This document shows, piece after piece, positions 52,204 through 61,430 of a stretch of DNA of 64,000 nucleotides. The translations under genes and the position numbers were made by a program. The notes under the pieces are model-generated. The model was not told the DNA's origin, did no database searches, and worked only from the letters and a program-made list of their open reading frames with translations. This DNA is from Mycobacteriales bacterium (GTDB lineage Bacteria > Actinomycetota > Actinomycetes > Mycobacteriales > CADCTP01). The DNA lies in NCBI GenBank assembly GCA_036558285.1, contig DATBFW010000145.1, positions 19,214 to 83,213 of the forward strand. The letters are read 5' to 3'. Numbering within the stretch: the first letter of the stretch is position 1; the number at the start of each line of letters is the position of its first letter.

Positions 52204-52746
52204 CTACCCCTGCCCGCCGCGGTACGTCGAGGGCAGGCCGGCACGCACCGCCCGGGTCCGCAGCTCGGCGGCGATGTGGTCGGCCCAGGCGCGGACGGCC
52301 GCCCAGTCCCGGTAGTCCCCGTCGTCGGCGCGGACGAGCCGGACGGCCAGCCGGTCCCGCGCGCCGAGTAGCTCCCGGTGCAGTGCGCCGGGGAACACCA
52401 CGTGCTCGCGGGCGCCGATGGCGGCGGCCAGCTCGGCGGCGTCGGCCGGCTCGGTCGCGGGCAGCGCCGGATCGCCGACCGGCCCGCTGGAGAACAGCCA
52501 GACCGGCCGCTGCCGCAGCTGCTCCGCGTGCGCGGTCACCTGCCAGCGAGCCTCGCTCAGCCACCGTCCGAAGTAGACGGCGCTGCCGACGACGACCGCG
52601 TCGTAGTCGGCCAGGTCGCCGACCCTGGTCGGCGGGACGACGTCGACGCCGACACCGGGCAGCGCGCCACGCAGTGCCTTGCCGAGCTCGGTCGCGATCT
52701 CGGCGGTCGAGCCGTGCCGGCTCGCCGCGGTCACCAGCAGTCGCAT
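52204..52746 (-). CDS. Flavodoxin-like fold protein
   Basis: MRLLVTAASRHGSTAEIA..YDAVVVGSAVYFGRW. GGGAGG precedes ATG 52746. Confidence 0.82.
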   Translation of the reverse strand: MRLLVTAASRHGSTAEIATELGKALRGALPGVGVDVVPPTRVGDLADYDAVVVGSAVYFGRWLSEARWQVTAHAEQLRQRPVWLFSSGPVGDPALPATEPADAAELAAAIGAREHVVFPGALHRELLGARDRLAVRLVRADDGDYRDWAAVRAWADHIAAELRTRAVRAGLPSTYRGGQG

Positions 52747-52786
52747 CACGGCCACCTCCCTCGGGTCGTGGCTCGGTCCCGGCTGT

Positions 52787-53791
52787 TCAGTCCTGGTAGC
52801 CGAGCACGTCGGTCAGCGGGCGTCGGCCGGTCGGGGGCGGGGTCGCACCGGGCTGGGGACGTCCGATGCGCATCACCATCTGCGGGTGGTCCGGCCAGTC
52901 CATCAGCATGCGGAACCGCTCGCGGACCGCCGGCAGGTCGACCGCCTGGGTCATCGCCGAGCTGGCCAGGCCGAGCCGTTCGGCCTCGACCGAGATCCGC
53001 GCGTACGCCTCGCCGGCGCGCAGCCGGGCCGCCGGGTCGTCGGCGGTGCTGAACACGACCAGGTAGACCGGCCGCTCGTCGACGGCCTCGGTCAGTTCCT
53101 GGCCGCCGGTGATGCCGGCCTCGAAGTCCCGCACCGGCACCTCGGTGTGCCGCACCGCCCCCGCGGGCAGGTGCGGGACCGCCGCGGCCGGCACCCCGTC
53201 GGGCGCGTCGCCGGAGCGTGTCCAGTGCGCGAGCTCGGTCCGGTAGGCCGGGTCGGCCAGCTCCACCCCGTCCGCCCAGGAGAACACCACGGCCAGGTCG
53301 AGCTGCTCGTCGGCCCGTTCGACCGCGTACGCGTAGACACCCGCGTCGGTGGCCACCGCGAGCAGGGACCGGATCGTCCCGTCGTCGACCGGCTCGGGCA
53401 GGAACGGGCGCCGTTCGGTGTGCCGGCGCTCGGCCGCCTCCGCCCGCTCCACCACCGTCGCGTCCACCGCCGCCCGGGCCGCCGGCCGGATTCGGGCCAG
53501 CAGGTCGGGCCGGTCCGGGTCGGGCAGCCGCTCGACCTCGGTCTGCCGGCCGCCGGCCGCGAACCCCAGCCGGGCCAGCTCCAGCGCCGCTCCGCAGGAC
53601 AGCAGCATCGACCGGCCGTCCGGATCGAGCGCCGGCAGCTGCCGGGACCGGTCCGCGTACAGCTCCAGCACGCCGGCGCGGTAGACCCACCGCCACGGCT
53701 GGGAGTTGTGGATCGAGGGCGCGCGCACGCCGAACGACACGGCCCGCTCGACCTCGGACCGCGCCGGCGCCTGGCTGGTGGTGTCGGTCAT
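52787..53791 (-). CDS. Acg-family (DosR-regulon type) putative nitroreductase
   Basis: RAPSIHNSQPWRW start motif, a two-lobed nitroreductase-like layout and a C-terminal ..MVMRIGRP pattern, as in mycobacterial Acg/Rv3131-like proteins (from memory). Confidence 0.9.
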   Translation of the reverse strand: MTDTTSQAPARSEVERAVSFGVRAPSIHNSQPWRWVYRAGVLELYADRSRQLPALDPDGRSMLLSCGAALELARLGFAAGGRQTEVERLPDPDRPDLLARIRPAARAAVDATVVERAEAAERRHTERRPFLPEPVDDGTIRSLLAVATDAGVYAYAVERADEQLDLAVVFSWADGVELADPAYRTELAHWTRSGDAPDGVPAAAVPHLPAGAVRHTEVPVRDFEAGITGGQELTEAVDERPVYLVVFSTADDPAARLRAGEAYARISVEAERLGLASSAMTQAVDLPAVRERFRMLMDWPDHPQMVMRIGRPQPGATPPPTGRRPLTDVLGYQD

Positions 53792-54449
53792 GACCCGACG
53801 CTAGAGCCGGGACCCGGCCGCCGACCCGGGTCGAAGGTCCCTACCTGGCAGGCCTCCCCCGCCGCCGGGCTGCCGAAGGGCATGTTGTCCCTCACGATCG
53901 CCAGCTCCCGGCCGCTGTCGTCGGTGATGCTGGTGAGCACGCGGTGCGCGGACGCCGGGGTGTCCTCGTCCGGCAGCTCGGCGTTCGACAGCTTGTCCCG
54001 GCCGATGGCCCGCTGCTGCTCCTCGACGGTCAGCGCGTTCCACGCCACCAGGTCGTGCTGGTAGCGCTGCACCATGAGATAGCTGCCACCGGCGAAGGCC
54101 GGGTCCTCGGGCCCGATCAGCGCCGCGTCGGCGGCGGCGCGACCGGTCGGGTTCTCGGTGCCGTCGACGAAGCCGAGCAGGTCGCGGAAGTCGAAGAACC
54201 GGAAGCTGCACCTCGTCGACCGGGGTGACCGCGCCGCCGAGCGCGGTCAGCACCTGGCTGGCCAGCTCGAAGCACAGGTCCGGGCGGCCGGACCGGATGT
54301 GCAGCACCAGGTCGCCCGGCGTCGCCGGCGCCCGGTGCCGGTCCCGGCCAGCTCCCGGAACGGGTGCAGCTCGGCCGGCGGAGCGGAGCTGAACAGCCTC
54401 GGCCAGACGCCCGGACCGGCCGATCCACCCGGTTCGCAACCGGCGAACG
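53788..54449 (-). pseudogene. DyP-type peroxidase gene, truncated at both ends and carrying at least two frameshifts
   Basis: There are three frame segments: ..AELHPFRELAGTGTG | HRAPATPGDLVLHIRSGRPDLCFELASQVL..VDEVQ | FRFFDFRDLLGFVDGTENPTG..SYLMVQRYQHDLVAWNALTVEEQQRAIGRDK..SAHRVLT..IVRDNMPFG. The breaks are near 54335 and 54203-54206. Both the N-terminal part and the C-terminal part after ..PFGSPAAGE are missing. Confidence 0.8.
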
Positions 54450-55181
54450 TCAGGCCAGCGCCTTCAGCCCTTCGCCGGACAGCAGGTACGCGGGTGCGAT
54501 CGACGCGGCGTCCGCCCGGACCAGATCGACGACCGCGGTGCCGGCCGCCGCCGGGGTGAGCGGCTCGCCGAGCTGCCGCAGGTAGTCCTCTTCGGACAGA
54601 CCGCCGCGCGCCGCGTACGCGGCCACGGCCGGGCGGCCCAGGTCGGTCAGCGGGGTGAGCCGCGGCAGCACGGCGGTGACGGTGATGCCGAGGCCGGCCC
54701 GGTCCGCCTCGTCCCGGGCGTAGCCGGCGAGGAAACGCTGGGTCGCCTTCGCTCCGGCATAGCCGCCGGACAGCGGCGAGCCGGCCAGGGCGGCACCGCT
54801 GCTGACGACGACGACCCGGCCGCCGGGCCGCAGCGGCCGGCGCAGGATCTCGCCCAGCCAGCTGAACGCGATCCGGACGTCGGCGTGCCAGTTGACCGAG
54901 AACGTCTCCCAGGTCTGGTCCTGCAGCGGGCGCAGGACCGGGGTCGCCCCGGCGACGAGGACGACCGCGAGCGGGTCGTACCGGTCGAGCAGCCGGCGGG
55001 CCGCACCGGCGTCGGTGGCGTCCGCGACCTCGGCGGCGACGCCGTCCGCCGGTTCCGGTGCGGTCCGGGCGACCGCCACGACCGGCGCACCGGCCTCGGC
55101 GAGCGCGGCCGCGATCCCCCGGCCGAGCCCGCGGCTGGCGCCGACGACGAGAGTGGTCGTGCCGGACAGGTCACCGGTCAT
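54450..55181 (-). CDS. Short-chain dehydrogenase/reductase (SDR)
   Basis: TLVVGASRGLGRGIA (TGxxxGxG-like), VVVSSGAA, YAGAKA. Confidence 0.9.
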   Translation of the reverse strand: MTGDLSGTTTLVVGASRGLGRGIAAALAEAGAPVVAVARTAPEPADGVAAEVADATDAGAARRLLDRYDPLAVVLVAGATPVLRPLQDQTWETFSVNWHADVRIAFSWLGEILRRPLRPGGRVVVVSSGAALAGSPLSGGYAGAKATQRFLAGYARDEADRAGLGITVTAVLPRLTPLTDLGRPAVAAYAARGGLSEEDYLRQLGEPLTPAAAGTAVVDLVRADAASIAPAYLLSGEGLKALA

Positions 55182-55602
55182 CGCTGGTACCGCCCGTCGC
55201 GATCCGGTTCCGCAGGCTGGTTTCGACGTAGTGGCGCCAGGCGGTCGAGCAGGCCTGGTAGCAGTCGTAGTCCGGGACGAGGCCGAGGTGGGTGAACCTG
55301 ACCTCGGTCCCGCCGTCCGTGCCGGCGATGTCGAAGGTGATCTCGGTGCCGGTCCACTCGGTCTTGTCCGCGGCGAAGTCGAGCTCGGCGTCGACGACCC
55401 GCCAGGCGACCCGCTTGCCCGGGACCAGCTCGGTGATCCGCTGGGTGCTGCGGTGCACGGTCCCGTACCGGTAGGTGAACTCGCTGCCGAGCTCGTCGGT
55501 GCCGCCGTCGATCTGTCCGGTCCACCAGCTGCGGACGTCGTTGATGGCGGCGAACACCTCGTCGGGGCTGCGGTCCACGGTGAACGCGGTGCTGAAGCTC
55601 AT
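55171..55602 (-). CDS. SRPBCC-superfamily protein (AHSA1-like)
   Basis: FTVDRSPDEVFAAINDVRSWW..FTYRYGTVHRSTQRITELVPGKRVAWRV..TEVRFTHLG. Confidence 0.88.
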   Translation of the reverse strand: MSFSTAFTVDRSPDEVFAAINDVRSWWTGQIDGGTDELGSEFTYRYGTVHRSTQRITELVPGKRVAWRVVDAELDFAADKTEWTGTEITFDIAGTDGGTEVRFTHLGLVPDYDCYQACSTAWRHYVETSLRNRIATGGTSDDR

Positions 55603-55733
55603 GTCTGTCTCCTCCTCAGGGACGGTTCGGGAGGACAGACACGGCCGGCCGCGGAAACTGGTCGCCGGAGGAGCGACCAGTTCCGCCCCGCGCCGGTGTC
55701 GGTACCGGAGACGATCTGGACAGGAGGTGGCCG

Positions 55734-56723
55734 ATGTCGGCAGAGCTGCTCGCGCGGGCGCGCGCCGGGGACCGGGACGCGTTCGCCGCCCTGGTCGAGC
55801 CGCACCGGCACGAGCTGCAGGTGCACTGCTACCGCATGCTCGGATCGCTGCAGGACGCCGAGGACGCGCTGCAGGAGACCCTGCTGGCGGCGTGGCTCGG
55901 CCTGGACGGCTTCGAGGGACGCTCGTCCGTACGCACCTGGCTCTACCGCATCGCCACCAACCGGTGCCTCAACCTGCTGCGCTCGTCGGCGCGCCGGCCG
56001 GCGGCCGCGGCGGCGCTGCCGGCGCCGGCTCCGGACCCGAGTGGGCTCGGCGAGGTGCTGTGGCTGCAGCCGTACCCGGACGAGCTGCTCGACGGCCTGC
56101 CCGACGGCGCGCCCGGCCCGGAGGCCCGGTACGAGACGCGGGAGGCGATCTCGCTCGCGTTCGTCACCGCCGTGCAGCTGCTGCCGCCCAACCAGCGGGC
56201 CGTGCTGCTGCTGCGCGACGTGCTCGGCTACCGCGCGAGCGAGGCCGCCACGATCCTCGGCAGCACCGAGGACGCGGTCACCAGCGCGCTCAAGCGGGCC
56301 CGCGCGACGATGGACGCGGCCCGCCCACCCCGGCCGGCCGCCGTGGCGGGCGCGGCCGAGCAGGCGCTGCTCGACCGGTTCGTCGCGGCCTTCACCGGAT
56401 CGGACGTCGACGCGCTGCTGGCGCTGATGACCGACGACGCCTGGGTTCGGATGCCGCCGCTGCCGTTCGAGTACCGCGGGACCGAGGCGGTGCGCCGGTT
56501 CTTCAGCGCGATCGACGCGCACCGGCGCCAGATCGGCCGGATGGTGCCGGTACGGGCGAACGGCCAGCCGGGCTGGGGCGAGTACGTCCGCGACCCGGTC
56601 GCCGGCGGCCTGCACCTGGCCGGCATCGTCACGATCGCCCTGGCCGGCGACCGGATCTGCGAGATCACCCACTTCGAGACGACCGTCGCTCCCTACCTCG
56701 GCCTCCCCCGCACCCTCGACTGA
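55734..56723 (+). CDS. ECF41-like sigma factor with fused C-terminal SnoaL-like domain
   Basis: Sigma regions (HCYRMLGSLQDAEDALQETLLAAW..WLYRIATNRCLN; LPPNQRAVLLLRDVLGYRASEAATILGSTEDAVTSALKRAR) plus ..LLDRFVAAFTGSDVDALLALMTDDAW... No anti-sigma gene is adjacent. Confidence 0.9.
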   Translation: MSAELLARARAGDRDAFAALVEPHRHELQVHCYRMLGSLQDAEDALQETLLAAWLGLDGFEGRSSVRTWLYRIATNRCLNLLRSSARRPAAAAALPAPAPDPSGLGEVLWLQPYPDELLDGLPDGAPGPEARYETREAISLAFVTAVQLLPPNQRAVLLLRDVLGYRASEAATILGSTEDAVTSALKRARATMDAARPPRPAAVAGAAEQALLDRFVAAFTGSDVDALLALMTDDAWVRMPPLPFEYRGTEAVRRFFSAIDAHRRQIGRMVPVRANGQPGWGEYVRDPVAGGLHLAGIVTIALAGDRICEITHFETTVAPYLGLPRTLD

Positions 56724-56728
56724 CCGGC

Positions 56729-57241
56729 TCAGCCCAGCTCGCGGTCGATGTCCCGGTAGACCGGGCTGAGCGCGGTCCAGCGGGCGTGCCAGTCGCCGGG
56801 TTCGCGGCCGGCGAGATGGGCGGTCAGGTCCTCCACGTGTGCCTGCCAGCCGGCGCCGTGGTCGGCGAGCTCGGCGACCGGGAGGCCGCGCTCCTCGATG
56901 ACGAGGTGGGTCCGGTCCTGCTCGGCGACGAGGACGGCGTCGATGACGGTCTCGTCGCTCGCGCCGGGCGACATCGTCACGGTCAGGTGGTGCGGGGCCG
57001 CGCAGACGTCGATCCGGCCCGCTCCCTCCCAGGAGCTGGTGAACCGCGCGTGGATCAGGCCGCCGAGCCTGAGGTCGCCGTCCACCTCGGCGATCCAGCG
57101 GGCCAGCCGGGCCGGGTCGGTCAGCGCGGACCACAGGTCGTCGATGTCCGTGTCGTAGCGGTCCTCCATCCGGACGACGCCCTTGCCGTCGCCGGTGCGG
57201 CGGAGGCTCCCCACGATGCGGGTGCTGGTCATGTCCTGCTC
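56729..57241 (-). CDS. SRPBCC-superfamily protein (AHSA1-like)
   Basis: VRMEDRYDTDIDDLWSALTDPARLARW... Overlaps the upstream ArsR gene by 13 nt. Confidence 0.85.
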   Translation of the reverse strand, partial: EQDMTSTRIVGSLRRTGDGKGVVRMEDRYDTDIDDLWSALTDPARLARWIAEVDGDLRLGGLIHARFTSSWEGAGRIDVCAAPHHLTVTMSPGASDETVIDAVLVAEQDRTHLVIEERGLPVAELADHGAGWQAHVEDLTAHLAGREPGDWHARWTALSPVYRDIDRELG

Positions 57242-57555
57242 CTTCGTTCGCGCTTTCCGCGGGCGACTTCGGTGTGGAGGGCGTCGACGCGCTGCTCCCA
57301 GAGGGCGCGGTAACGCCCGAGCCAGGCGTCGAGCTCGGCGAGCGGCTCGGGGCGCAGGCTGTAGACCCGCCGCTGCGCGTCCTGCCGGACGTCCACCAGC
57401 CCGGCCTCGCGCAGCACCCGCAGATGCCGGGAGACTCCCGGTCTGGCGATGGGCAGCCGGTCGGACAGCTCGCCGGCCGTGGCCGGGTGGTCCCTGAGCA
57501 CGTCGAGGATCGTCCGCCGGCTCCGGTCCGACAGCGCGTTCACCACTGCGTCCAC
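57229..57555 (-). CDS. ArsR/SmtB-family transcriptional regulator
   Basis: ALSDRSRRTILDVLRDHPATAGELSDRLPIARPGVSRHLRVLREAGLV. Confidence 0.9.
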   Translation of the reverse strand: MDAVVNALSDRSRRTILDVLRDHPATAGELSDRLPIARPGVSRHLRVLREAGLVDVRQDAQRRVYSLRPEPLAELDAWLGRYRALWEQRVDALHTEVARGKRERRSRT

Positions 57556-57596
57556 AGGGGCAGCGTACCCGACTGGTTACGTAACCGGCAAGGTAC

Positions 57597-58211
57597 CTAG
57601 AGGCCGCGGCGGACGACGGCGAGGGCGGTGCTGGTGGCATCCTCGCGCTCCTGTGGCGACAGCGCCCGCAGCGGCCCGTCCAGCAGCAGGCCGGACAGCC
57701 CGTGCACCGTCGACCAGGCGGCCACCTCGGCGCCCGGCCGGCGCTCCGGCGGCAGCGCGCCCACCTCGACCAGCTCGTCCAGCCGCGCCGACAGCAGCGC
57801 GTACGGGTCGTCCTCGGGCGGCACCGCCTGCTCGCCGGGGTCGGCCGGGTGCCCGGCGAAGGCGGTGCGGAACCAGCCCGGCTCGCTGACCGCGAAGTCG
57901 ACGTACGCCCGGCCGATCGCCTCCAGCCGCGCCCGTGCCCGCCGGACCGGCTCGCGCACCCGGACGGCGCGAGTCCGCTCGGCCATGAGGTGGGCGAGCT
58001 CGGCCATGCACCGCGCGGCGACCGCGGCCAGCAGCTCGTCGTGATCGGCGAAGTGCCGGTACGCGGCGTTGTGCGAGACGCCCGCCTGCCGGGACACCGC
58101 ACGCAGCACGACGGCGTCGGGCCCACCGGCGCGGGCCAGCTCGACCCCGGCCTCGACCAGGGTCTCCCGCAGGTTGCCGTGGTGGTACGGCCGGCTCGTG
58201 TGCGTCTGCAT
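57597..58211 (-). CDS. TetR-family transcriptional regulator
   Basis: YHHGNLRETLVEAGVELARAGGPDAVVLRAVSRQAGVSHNAAYRHF. The upstream part of ORF 57597-59708 is rejected. Confidence 0.9.
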   Translation of the reverse strand: MQTHTSRPYHHGNLRETLVEAGVELARAGGPDAVVLRAVSRQAGVSHNAAYRHFADHDELLAAVAARCMAELAHLMAERTRAVRVREPVRRARARLEAIGRAYVDFAVSEPGWFRTAFAGHPADPGEQAVPPEDDPYALLSARLDELVEVGALPPERRPGAEVAAWSTVHGLSGLLLDGPLRALSPQEREDATSTALAVVRRGL

Positions 58212-58263
58212 GTTGACAGTGTCCACATGAAATGCCAGGCTCGTCAATGTTGTCAGTGTCAAC
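58212..58263. promoter_or_regulatory. Two related boxes GTTGACAGTGTC (58212-58223) and GTTGTCAGTGTCAAC (58249-58263) between the TetR and MFS genes (candidate TetR operators)
   Basis: Seen directly. The second box is an imperfect palindrome (GTTG.CA.TG.CAAC). The region is AT-richer than its surroundings. The divergent TetR/efflux layout is classical. Confidence 0.4.
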
Positions 58264-58283
58264 ATGACCTTCGGGAGTGAAAC

Positions 58284-59828
58284 ATGGGCGCTTCGGCCCT
58301 CCGCCGGCGCTACGCGGTCCTGGCCACGGTGTGCCTGGCCGCGTTCGCGATCAACCTCGACACGACGATCGTCAACGTCGCGCTGCCGGATCTCGCCCGC
58401 GAGCTGGGCGCGACCACCCGGCAGCTGCAGTGGATCGTCGACGGCTACAACCTGGCCTTCGCCGGCCTCGTCCTCACCGCCGGCTCGCTCGGCGACCGGT
58501 TCGGCCGCCGGCCGGCGCTGCTGCTCGGCCTCGGCGGGTTCGCGCTCGCCAGCGGGCTCGGCGCGGCGGCCGGCTCCAGCGGCGCGCTGATCGCGGTGCG
58601 GTTCGCGATGGGCGCGTTCGCCGCGCTGATCTTCCCGACCACGCTGTCGATCATCACCAACACCTTCCCCGACCGCGGCGAGCGCGCCAGGGCGATCGGC
58701 ATCTGGGGTGCCGTCACCGGCCTCGGCGTGGCGATCGGCCCGGTGACCGGCGGGTTGCTGCTGGCGCACTACTCGTGGCCGTCGGTGTTCCTCGCGCTGG
58801 TCCCGGTGGCGCTCGTCGCTCTGGTCGCGGCCGCGATCCTGGTGCCCGAGTCCCGCGACGCCGGCCGGGCCAGGCTCGACCTGCCCGGGCTCGTCCTCTC
58901 CTCGGCCGCGGTCGGCCTGCTCGTCTACACGGTGATCGAGGCGCCCCGGCGCGGCTGGCAGGACCCGGCGACGCTGGCCGGCTTCGCCGTCACCGCCGTG
59001 CTGGCCGCCGCGTTCGTCGCGATCGAGCGGCGGCGGGCGCACCCGATGATCGACGTCTCGCTGTTCCGCACCCCGGCGTTCTCCGCCGCCAGCGGCTCGG
59101 TGACCGTCGCGTTCTTCGCGCTGTTCGGCTTCATCTTCCTGGTGACGCAATATTTCCAGTTCATCCGCGGCTACGGCACGCTGTCCACCGGCCTGCGCAT
59201 CCTCCCGGTCGCGACCACCATCGCGATCGGCTCCGTCGCCGGTGTCGCGCTCGCCGGCCGGCTCGGCACCCGCGCGGTCGTCAGCACCGGGCTGTTGCTG
59301 CTCGGCACCTCGTTCGGCTGGATCGCGCTGTCGCCCGCGTTCACCGCGTACGGGCAGATCGTCGGGCAGATGGTGCTCATGGGCCTCGGCCTCGGCCTCA
59401 CCACCGCCCCGGCGACGGAGTCCATCCTCAGCGTGCTGCCGCCGGCGAAGGCCGGCGTCGGCTCGGCCGTCAACGACGCGACCCGGGAGGCCGGCGGCAC
59501 GCTCGGCGTCGCCGTGCTCGGCAGCATCTTCACGTCGCTGTACGCCGACCGCATCGGCTCCGGCGCGTTCGCCGTGCTGCCGGAACCGGTCCGGCGGGCC
59601 GCGCAGGACTCGGTCGCCGCCGCGATCGGCGCGGCCCAGCAGGCCACCGGATCTTCCCGGATCGCGCTGAACGACGCGCTGCAGGCGTCGTTCATGTCCG
59701 GCATGCACGTGGCGAGCTTCGTCGCTGCCGGCGTCTGCTGGGCCGGCGCGCTCGGCGCGCTGGCCCTGCCGGGCCGCTCCCGGGCGACCGCGCCGGCACC
59801 CCGGGCGGTCGAGGCCGCGCTCTCGTGA
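58284..59828 (+). CDS. MFS transporter, DHA2 (EmrB/QacA-like, 14-TM) drug:H+ antiporter family
   Basis: LDTTIVNVALP, WIVDGYNLAFAGLVLTAGSLGDRFGRR, and about 14 hydrophobic segments. Confidence 0.92.
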   Translation: MGASALRRRYAVLATVCLAAFAINLDTTIVNVALPDLARELGATTRQLQWIVDGYNLAFAGLVLTAGSLGDRFGRRPALLLGLGGFALASGLGAAAGSSGALIAVRFAMGAFAALIFPTTLSIITNTFPDRGERARAIGIWGAVTGLGVAIGPVTGGLLLAHYSWPSVFLALVPVALVALVAAAILVPESRDAGRARLDLPGLVLSSAAVGLLVYTVIEAPRRGWQDPATLAGFAVTAVLAAAFVAIERRRAHPMIDVSLFRTPAFSAASGSVTVAFFALFGFIFLVTQYFQFIRGYGTLSTGLRILPVATTIAIGSVAGVALAGRLGTRAVVSTGLLLLGTSFGWIALSPAFTAYGQIVGQMVLMGLGLGLTTAPATESILSVLPPAKAGVGSAVNDATREAGGTLGVAVLGSIFTSLYADRIGSGAFAVLPEPVRRAAQDSVAAAIGAAQQATGSSRIALNDALQASFMSGMHVASFVAAGVCWAGALGALALPGRSRATAPAPRAVEAALS

Positions 59829-59846
59829 CGGACGCCGGCGAGCCGG

Positions 59847-60482
59847 CTACCGCGGCGCGGCGGCGGGCTGCGGCCGGCCGGCCCGGCGACGGTCGAGCCG
59901 GCCGCCGCGCAGAGCGGTGACCCAGGCGACGAGGAGCAGGTTTCCGCCGATCAGCAGCACGCTGCCGAGGCCGGCGCCCTTGACGTCGGCGAGCAGCGTG
60001 TCGCGCTGCTCGGGCGACCAGGCGCCGTCGTCGTACGCCGAGTTCGTCGCGCCGGACGCGCCGATGAGGTGGGTGGTGTGCAGCGACGACGACTTGGTCA
60101 GCAGTTGGGACTGCAGGTGGTAGTCGTACGTGGTGCTGACGATCATCGCGACGATGCCCGCAACGGCCGCGACGGCCGCGATGAGCAGCACCGTCGCGGC
60201 CGTGCGCCGGCCGCGGCCGGACGACCGGGCCAACGCCCAGGTCACCGCGAGGACGAAGACCGGCACCAGGATCGCCGAGTAGCGTAGCCAATTCGTGAAC
60301 GGGGTCTGCGCCCGTTCGATCGCGCCGATCGCGCCCTGCACCGCGACGATGACGAACCCGTTCGCCAGCGCCAAGGTCACAGCCAATCCGGCCACGAAGC
60401 CCCACGGCAACGGGACCCGGCCGCGCAGGGCCGCGAAACGAACGGTCGGTGGGCTCGCCGGAACGCTGGTCGACACGGTCAC
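59847..60482 (-). CDS. Integral membrane protein of unknown function
   Basis: Four TM-like segments. The start is uncertain (GTG 60482 chosen). The upstream part of ORF 59847-60629 is Arg/Pro-rich. Confidence 0.6.
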   Translation of the reverse strand: MTVSTSVPASPPTVRFAALRGRVPLPWGFVAGLAVTLALANGFVIVAVQGAIGAIERAQTPFTNWLRYSAILVPVFVLAVTWALARSSGRGRRTAATVLLIAAVAAVAGIVAMIVSTTYDYHLQSQLLTKSSSLHTTHLIGASGATNSAYDDGAWSPEQRDTLLADVKGAGLGSVLLIGGNLLLVAWVTALRGGRLDRRRAGRPQPAAAPR

Positions 60483-60532
60483 CTCGGCACGGTCCGCTGT
60501 GGACAGTGGCGTGTGGACCTCCGGGTCGGCTC

Positions 60533-60577
60533 CTCGGTGCCTGTCCCCGGGAGGTTGGGACGGAGGCAGGCACCGAG
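60533..60577. other. Hairpin with an 11-bp perfect stem CTCGGTGCCTG / CAGGCACCGAG and a 23-nt loop
   Basis: Seen directly in the 278-nt intergenic region that also holds the most AT-rich stretch of the window (60630-60730). Confidence 0.4.
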
Positions 60578-60760
60578 CCCCGGGAAGGGTGGGAGACTCC
60601 TGCCCGGACGCGCAACCGCGGCGATCCACACGTCACTGCTTCATGCAATCACTGCACTATGCAGATAATCGTCGCGCGACTCAGGAATGCGGCCTACTCC
60701 CCAAAATGGTTCGAGCGCCCATCCCCAACATTGGGGGTGCGCGAGGGCTAAGGTCGGCCC

Positions 60761-61201
60761 ATGCCGGTGGACGTCACCACCTGGACCGACATCGCCCGGC
60801 CGCGGGTCGAGGTCGCGGCCTTCGCGGCGGACCCGAGCAACGCGCCGCGCTGGTACGAGAACATCGACTCGGTCCGCTGGGAGACCGAGCCGCCGGTCGC
60901 CGTCGGGTCCCGGATGGCGTTCGTGGCCAGGTTCCTGGGCCGGCGGCTGGCGTACACCTACCAGGTGCGCGAGCTGGTCCCCGGCGAGCGTCTGGTGATG
61001 AGCACGGCCGAGGGTCCGGTCCCGATGGAGACCACGTACACCTGGGCCGACGTGGACGGCGGAACCCGGATGACACTGCGCAACCGCGGCGAGCCGGCCG
61101 GGCTGACGAAGCTGGCCGCGCCGGCGGTCGCGGCCGCCATGCGCCGCGCCAACCGCAAGGACCTCGCCCAGCTCAAGCGCCTGCTGGAGGACAGGACCTG
61201 A
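60761..61201 (+). CDS. SRPBCC-superfamily protein (polyketide cyclase/dehydrase-like)
   Basis: IARPRVEVAAFAADPSNAPRWYENIDSVRWET..RLVMSTAEGPVPMETTYTW..TRMTLRNRGEP. Confidence 0.85.
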   Translation: MPVDVTTWTDIARPRVEVAAFAADPSNAPRWYENIDSVRWETEPPVAVGSRMAFVARFLGRRLAYTYQVRELVPGERLVMSTAEGPVPMETTYTWADVDGGTRMTLRNRGEPAGLTKLAAPAVAAAMRRANRKDLAQLKRLLEDRT

Positions 61202-61237
61202 CCGGCCGAGGTCAGGACGGAGGTCCTCGGGTCGCCC

Positions 61238-61291
61238 CGACCCGGACCGGGAAGGTGCCGCGGCCGACCCGGACCGGGAAGGTGCCGCGGC
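61238..61291. repeat. 27-nt perfect tandem duplication CGACCCGGACCGGGAAGGTGCCGCGGC x2
   Basis: Seen directly, in the intergenic region upstream of the recombinase remnant. Confidence 0.85.
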
Positions 61292-61430
61292 CCCGGTAGA
61301 AGGCCCCGCGCCCGTGCCGGCACGCGCAAACGCGATCCGCGTCACGGTGGCGGCCGCCCGCGGGCGCGTCATGCCGGAGCGCCGTCGCGCTGTCATGGGT
61401 GAGGACGGTCGCGGACCCGGGAGGTGACGC

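Noticed and set aside
60690-60735. tRNA-like T-arm (..ATGGTTCGAGCGCCCAT..) as a tRNA gene or att-site fragment.
   Set aside because: The loop is 9 nt rather than 7. No acceptor, D or anticodon arms can be drawn, and no matching direct repeat was found elsewhere in the window.
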